Positions 16,501 to 18,297 of a stretch of 18,297 nt of DNA are shown here, piece by piece. The DNA is from Candidatus Heimdallarchaeota archaeon B3_Heim. Lineage in GTDB: Archaea; Asgardarchaeota; Heimdallarchaeia; Hodarchaeales; Hodarchaeaceae. The stretch is from contig NJBF01000053.1 in the NCBI GenBank assembly GCA_003144275.1, positions 1 to 18,297 of the forward strand, read 5' to 3'. The position numbers were made by a program, and so were the translations under genes. The notes beneath the pieces were generated by a model. That model was not told the origin of the DNA and did not search any database. It saw only the letters and a list, made by a program, of their open reading frames with translations. How positions within the stretch are numbered: the first letter of the stretch is position 1; each line of letters begins with the position of its first letter.

Positions 16501-17810
16501 TTGAAGACCTCCCCCACATCTGCTACCTCCCAGACAGTTTCTGGGTCATGGGGATCGATTACCAACTCATCAGCCCAAGGGTGAGTGATTCCGCCCTCGT
16601 TGATATTAACCCAGGAGTTTCCATAGTTGGTTGTCTTGAAAGTCCCTTCTCCATTGACTGATGCCGCATATATTGTACCACTCCCAGCTACAGCCAATAG
16701 ATTGATACCTACATTGAGCAGACCTTGGTTGATAGATGTCCAACTTTCTCCGCCGTCGGAGCTTTTGACGATACCATGGGCTCGACGCGGCAGGTAGAGA
16801 ACATTACTATCGCTTGGGTCAACCGCAATGTCATACATATCACCATTCCTTCCTGGTGGTCCAATCCAAGCCCAATTCTGCCCGTTATCACTTGATTTAT
16901 AGACATTACCTCCTGAGCCAACATAGAGCGTATCATCATTCGAAATTCTACCTATTATATTAATCATAGCGTCAGTGGAGGGAAGATGAAGTCGTGTCCA
17001 AGTTTTACCGCCATCTTGTGTTTTGAGCAGATAGATGTCATTTTTTTGATCGAATACTTCATTATGAATGTTAACTAGGCCGACGTAGATGATATTTGTA
17101 TCTTCAGGATCGACAAAGATGGTATGGATATCTGTCTCCTGTTGCTGACCGATTTTCTTCTCCTCCCAAGAAACGCCTCTATTGGTGGTGTGGTAAAGAC
17201 GACCTGTACCAACCCAAAACTCGTCATTAGCGCCGATAGCGATGTCAGCGATACCATCACCTGGCAAATTGCCTGTAATATCTGTCCAATTCTCGCCACC
17301 ATTAGCACTATAATAAGCCTTGCCAATCCCCGTACCGGCAATCAGAACCAAAGGGTTTTCCAGGCTTATCGTCACACAACTAAAGCTGTGGTCTTGGTTA
17401 AGGATTCGCCAACTCTCTCCACCATTGGTGCTCTTGTATAGCTTGCCAATATGGGCGTAAACAGTCTGCGGATCATCGGATGAAATGAGTATGTTACTGA
17501 CTTGGTTAGATGGTGACATGATCTGTTCCAGCATTGTCCATGTGGTGCCTTCATCAGTTGTTTTGTAAACGCCACCACCTGTCCCTCCAGCGTAAAGAAT
17601 GTCTGGGTTGGTTGGATCGATCTCAATGGTATTGATTATACCGCCGTAAGGACCATTTGTCTGAACCCAAGGGTTGGTATTCTTATCATCGAAGTTGTTA
17701 CTAAGAATAACAGGATAACTTGTTATGTATACAGGTGTACATGCTATTACAAAGAGAAAGATAAGCAAAGATGAAAGGAAAGTTCCTAAGATTGTTGTGT
17801 GTTTGATCAT
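13599..17810 (-). CDS. Large secreted, membrane-anchored Asp-box (BNR) beta-propeller protein (VPS10/sortilin-, YCF48- or GH74-like fold), 1403 aa
   Basis: N-terminal hydrophobic signal. About 23 repeats of [KR]-[ST]-x-[DN]-G-G-x-[ST]-W, mostly preceded by (I/V)-D-P-x-[ND]-x-x-x-x-Y. The C-terminus has a Ser/Thr linker, a TM helix and RRRK. Confidence 0.9.
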   Translation of the reverse strand: MIKHTTILGTFLSSLLIFLFVIACTPVYITSYPVILSNNFDDKNTNPWVQTNGPYGGIINTIEIDPTNPDILYAGGTGGGVYKTTDEGTTWTMLEQIMSPSNQVSNILISSDDPQTVYAHIGKLYKSTNGGESWRILNQDHSFSCVTISLENPLVLIAGTGIGKAYYSANGGENWTDITGNLPGDGIADIAIGANDEFWVGTGRLYHTTNRGVSWEEKKIGQQQETDIHTIFVDPEDTNIIYVGLVNIHNEVFDQKNDIYLLKTQDGGKTWTRLHLPSTDAMINIIGRISNDDTLYVGSGGNVYKSSDNGQNWAWIGPPGRNGDMYDIAVDPSDSNVLYLPRRAHGIVKSSDGGESWTSINQGLLNVGINLLAVAGSGTIYAASVNGEGTFKTTNYGNSWVNINEGGITHPWADELVIDPHDPETVWEVADVGEVFKSTNGGVSWDKVIDSYGEGFRFGSVYTLAPASSDSNTIYALKNGFGIFKSTNGGKGWRFLHQSEVDYTYSIAVHPTNSDIVYSGYLPKPFQKFAIVRKTADGGDSWVTSLNVSGSHGITSVTIDPTNPNTVYVGDTGYGGNIRVSYNAGSSWINLNEHFFFSTIHSQNQLAIDPTDEEILYAAPWGAGLFKTVNSGESWIELENISTLSIASVTTHPVNPDIVYAAGRAQPILYRSVNGGQTWEIAFDAGPGYSRLFKIKLDPSNPNTVYVSAFKHNAILGSLFRITGEVSTDITGSLPRAIIDIAVDPTDSQMIYVSLHGENVYKTTNGGVSWLNLDSMPIVGTFDIEIDSSNTDILYAATIMGRRCPEELLDPNFFPPVSPEDIGTHGVYKSDDNGSSWENINRGVINSPCRALVIHPENSNVIYAGGANGVYLTTDGGDIWTIQNNGLDFRSIGSLSISGNKIYAGSRGGGVYVGDVNVDYTVSWTSTDGPKPEIYNIQIVVDPTNSDVVYASSYPGGMFKTVDGGKTWKDKNFFLPSFEVDDPIRQGYYNFAIDPTNSDRLYFTVYGKGVYASNDGADSQIPLFGDANEMCGRLVTAVVVDPTDSDTIYVSSEEGVFVTSDRGKTWSSFNTGLHTSQVKSLAWSADGMLLCGSLGYELYYYSTSDDRWVQMNAFGQFGSLWPIWDNRPLYQYTSLLIHPKNPNVIYFGTFPSGIYKSVDGGQNWQESNIGWANDGVFCLVFHPENPDIIYAGTYNGVNLATDGGGHWETWNRGWPSEQWVFSIDFDPENPNVMYACSKNGENEGSGCEGFRGTVMKSTDGGAHWFEITTGLNIDQEFYEIIVDKRDPDILYLATQGEGVFISCNGGASWLSWNEGLTDLVAGTNGNNVANMMVCSADGNFLYFGSAGSGVFKRMTVTALTSSTSSTITTQPSSTFVNTPFLVFYVSLFFLIVLVITVRRRKNI

Positions 17811-17846
17811 CGTGATCTTCCTAATTGTTTGGATCCGATATTGAAG

Positions 17847-17859
17847 AAATATATATTTA
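17847..17859 (-). promoter_or_regulatory. Candidate TATA box for the surface-protein gene
   Basis: The minus strand reads TAAATATATATTT, 37-49 nt upstream of ATG 17810; 17847-17858 is the perfect palindrome AAATATATATTT. The region is AT-rich, so a chance match is possible. Confidence 0.35.
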
Positions 17860-17955
17860 CTAGAAATAGTATTTGTATTGAAACCATCTCTTCTATTTTA
17901 TTAGCTCATAAAATTACAATAATAACTATATCTCGATTGATGAGTAACTTCAATT

Positions 17956-18297
17956 CACTGGCCGTTTTAAGTCTAATGGATTAGTTCATCACATTTTTAT
18001 CACCTGACCTTTAAAATAACCTTTCCGCTATCAAGTAAGAGTTAGGCCACGGTTCCAAGTCTGAATAACGTAAATTCTCTAGTAATGATGTTAAATGATC
18101 TTGCCAACGAGTAAAACCGAGAAGGAGAAGATAATAAAAGAGGATGATTTGTAATAAAGTCACTAACAAACAATGGGTGACAAAACTCATCCAAGATTTC
18201 CCCAATGGACGTTTAATTGTGGTGTGTTGTTTAATCCATTGAAACAAGGTTTCGATCTCCCAGCGTTCCTTTTGGAGTTGAAGCACCGTTAAGGGAG
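17956..18297 (-). mobile_element. Downstream end of an IS4-family insertion sequence (continues beyond the window)
   Basis: Contains the transposase C-terminus. The candidate terminal inverted repeat starts CACTGGCCGTTTTAAG at 17956, resembling CACT-starting IS4-family ends as I recall them. The boundary is tentative because the partner repeat is outside the window. Confidence 0.55.
18011..18297 (-). CDS. IS4-family DDE transposase, C-terminal part (5' partial)
   Basis: The frame stays open upstream of GTG 18286 to the window edge (..PLTVLQLQKERWEIETLFQWIKQHTTIKRPLG). R-(3)-E-(6)-K spacing matches the IS4 YREK signature, and RWxIExxFxWIKQH is typical of the family. Confidence 0.85.
   Translation of the reverse strand, partial: PLTVLQLQKERWEIETLFQWIKQHTTIKRPLGKSWMSFVTHCLLVTLLQIILFYYLLLLGFTRWQDHLTSLLENLRYSDLEPWPNSYLIAERLF

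Noticed and set aside
13599-17810. Calling the propeller protein a true Vps10/sortilin eukaryotic signature protein
   Set aside because: Asp-box propellers are widespread in bacteria and archaea, and no Vps10-specific cysteine-rich 10CC module is recognisable; kept only as a hypothesis to test.
17952-17969. AATTCACTGGCCGT matches the pUC/lacZ-alpha sequence next to the M13 primer site
   Set aside because: Only 14 nt match before divergence, with no further vector sequence; it coincides with the candidate IS end, so chance is more likely than contamination.
1870-17984. Other short track ORFs (1870-2124, 2647-2850, 2924-3154, 3938-4123, 4548-4760, 6067-6261, 6864-7094, 7834-8019, 8019-8249, 9287-9487, 9568-9828, 10098-10298, 14022-14411, 14308-14490, 14708-14962, 16709-16939, 17075-17341, 17124-17441, 17372-17626, 17799-17984)
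   Set aside because: Almost all lie within, or antisense to, well-supported genes; 17799-17984 is mostly AT-rich intergenic sequence. None shows recognisable motifs.
1-18297. CRISPR arrays, tRNA/rRNA genes, long tandem DNA repeats, selenocysteine read-through
   Set aside because: None seen by eye. The intergenic gaps are short, and no TGA interrupts a conserved Cys position. A covariance-model scan was not run.

Overview
AT-rich prokaryotic window, roughly 35-40% GC by hand-sampled counts. It is probably archaeal and possibly Asgard-like; this is inferred only from GGTGA-type ribosome-binding sites, TATA-like and oligo-T elements, an SCP2-type thiolase/DUF35 pair and a Ser/Thr-TM-RRR surface anchor. 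Bases 1604-12389 hold a cluster for anaerobic ring cleavage of the benzoyl-CoA pathway (dch, had, oah) plus lower beta-oxidation enzymes: two thiolases of different classes, a DUF35-SDR fusion, a glutaryl-CoA-dehydrogenase-like enzyme, hbd and an acyl-CoA ligase. No benzoyl-CoA reductase lies in the window. A CDS missed by the ORF track (<1-1322, minus strand) encodes an HdrD/GlcF-like CCG protein that has lost one of its two [4Fe-4S] clusters and carries a vestigial GlcD-like N-terminus. The right end (12648-18297) is accessory: a frameshifted membrane-protein gene, a 1403-aa Asp-box beta-propeller surface protein with higher GC, and the end of an IS4-family element. The best leads are the DUF35-ketoacyl reductase fusion with an NADP(H) fingerprint, the non-decarboxylating signature of the acyl-CoA dehydrogenase, and the remodelled Fe-S protein. 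All family assignments come from motif recognition; no database searches were run.
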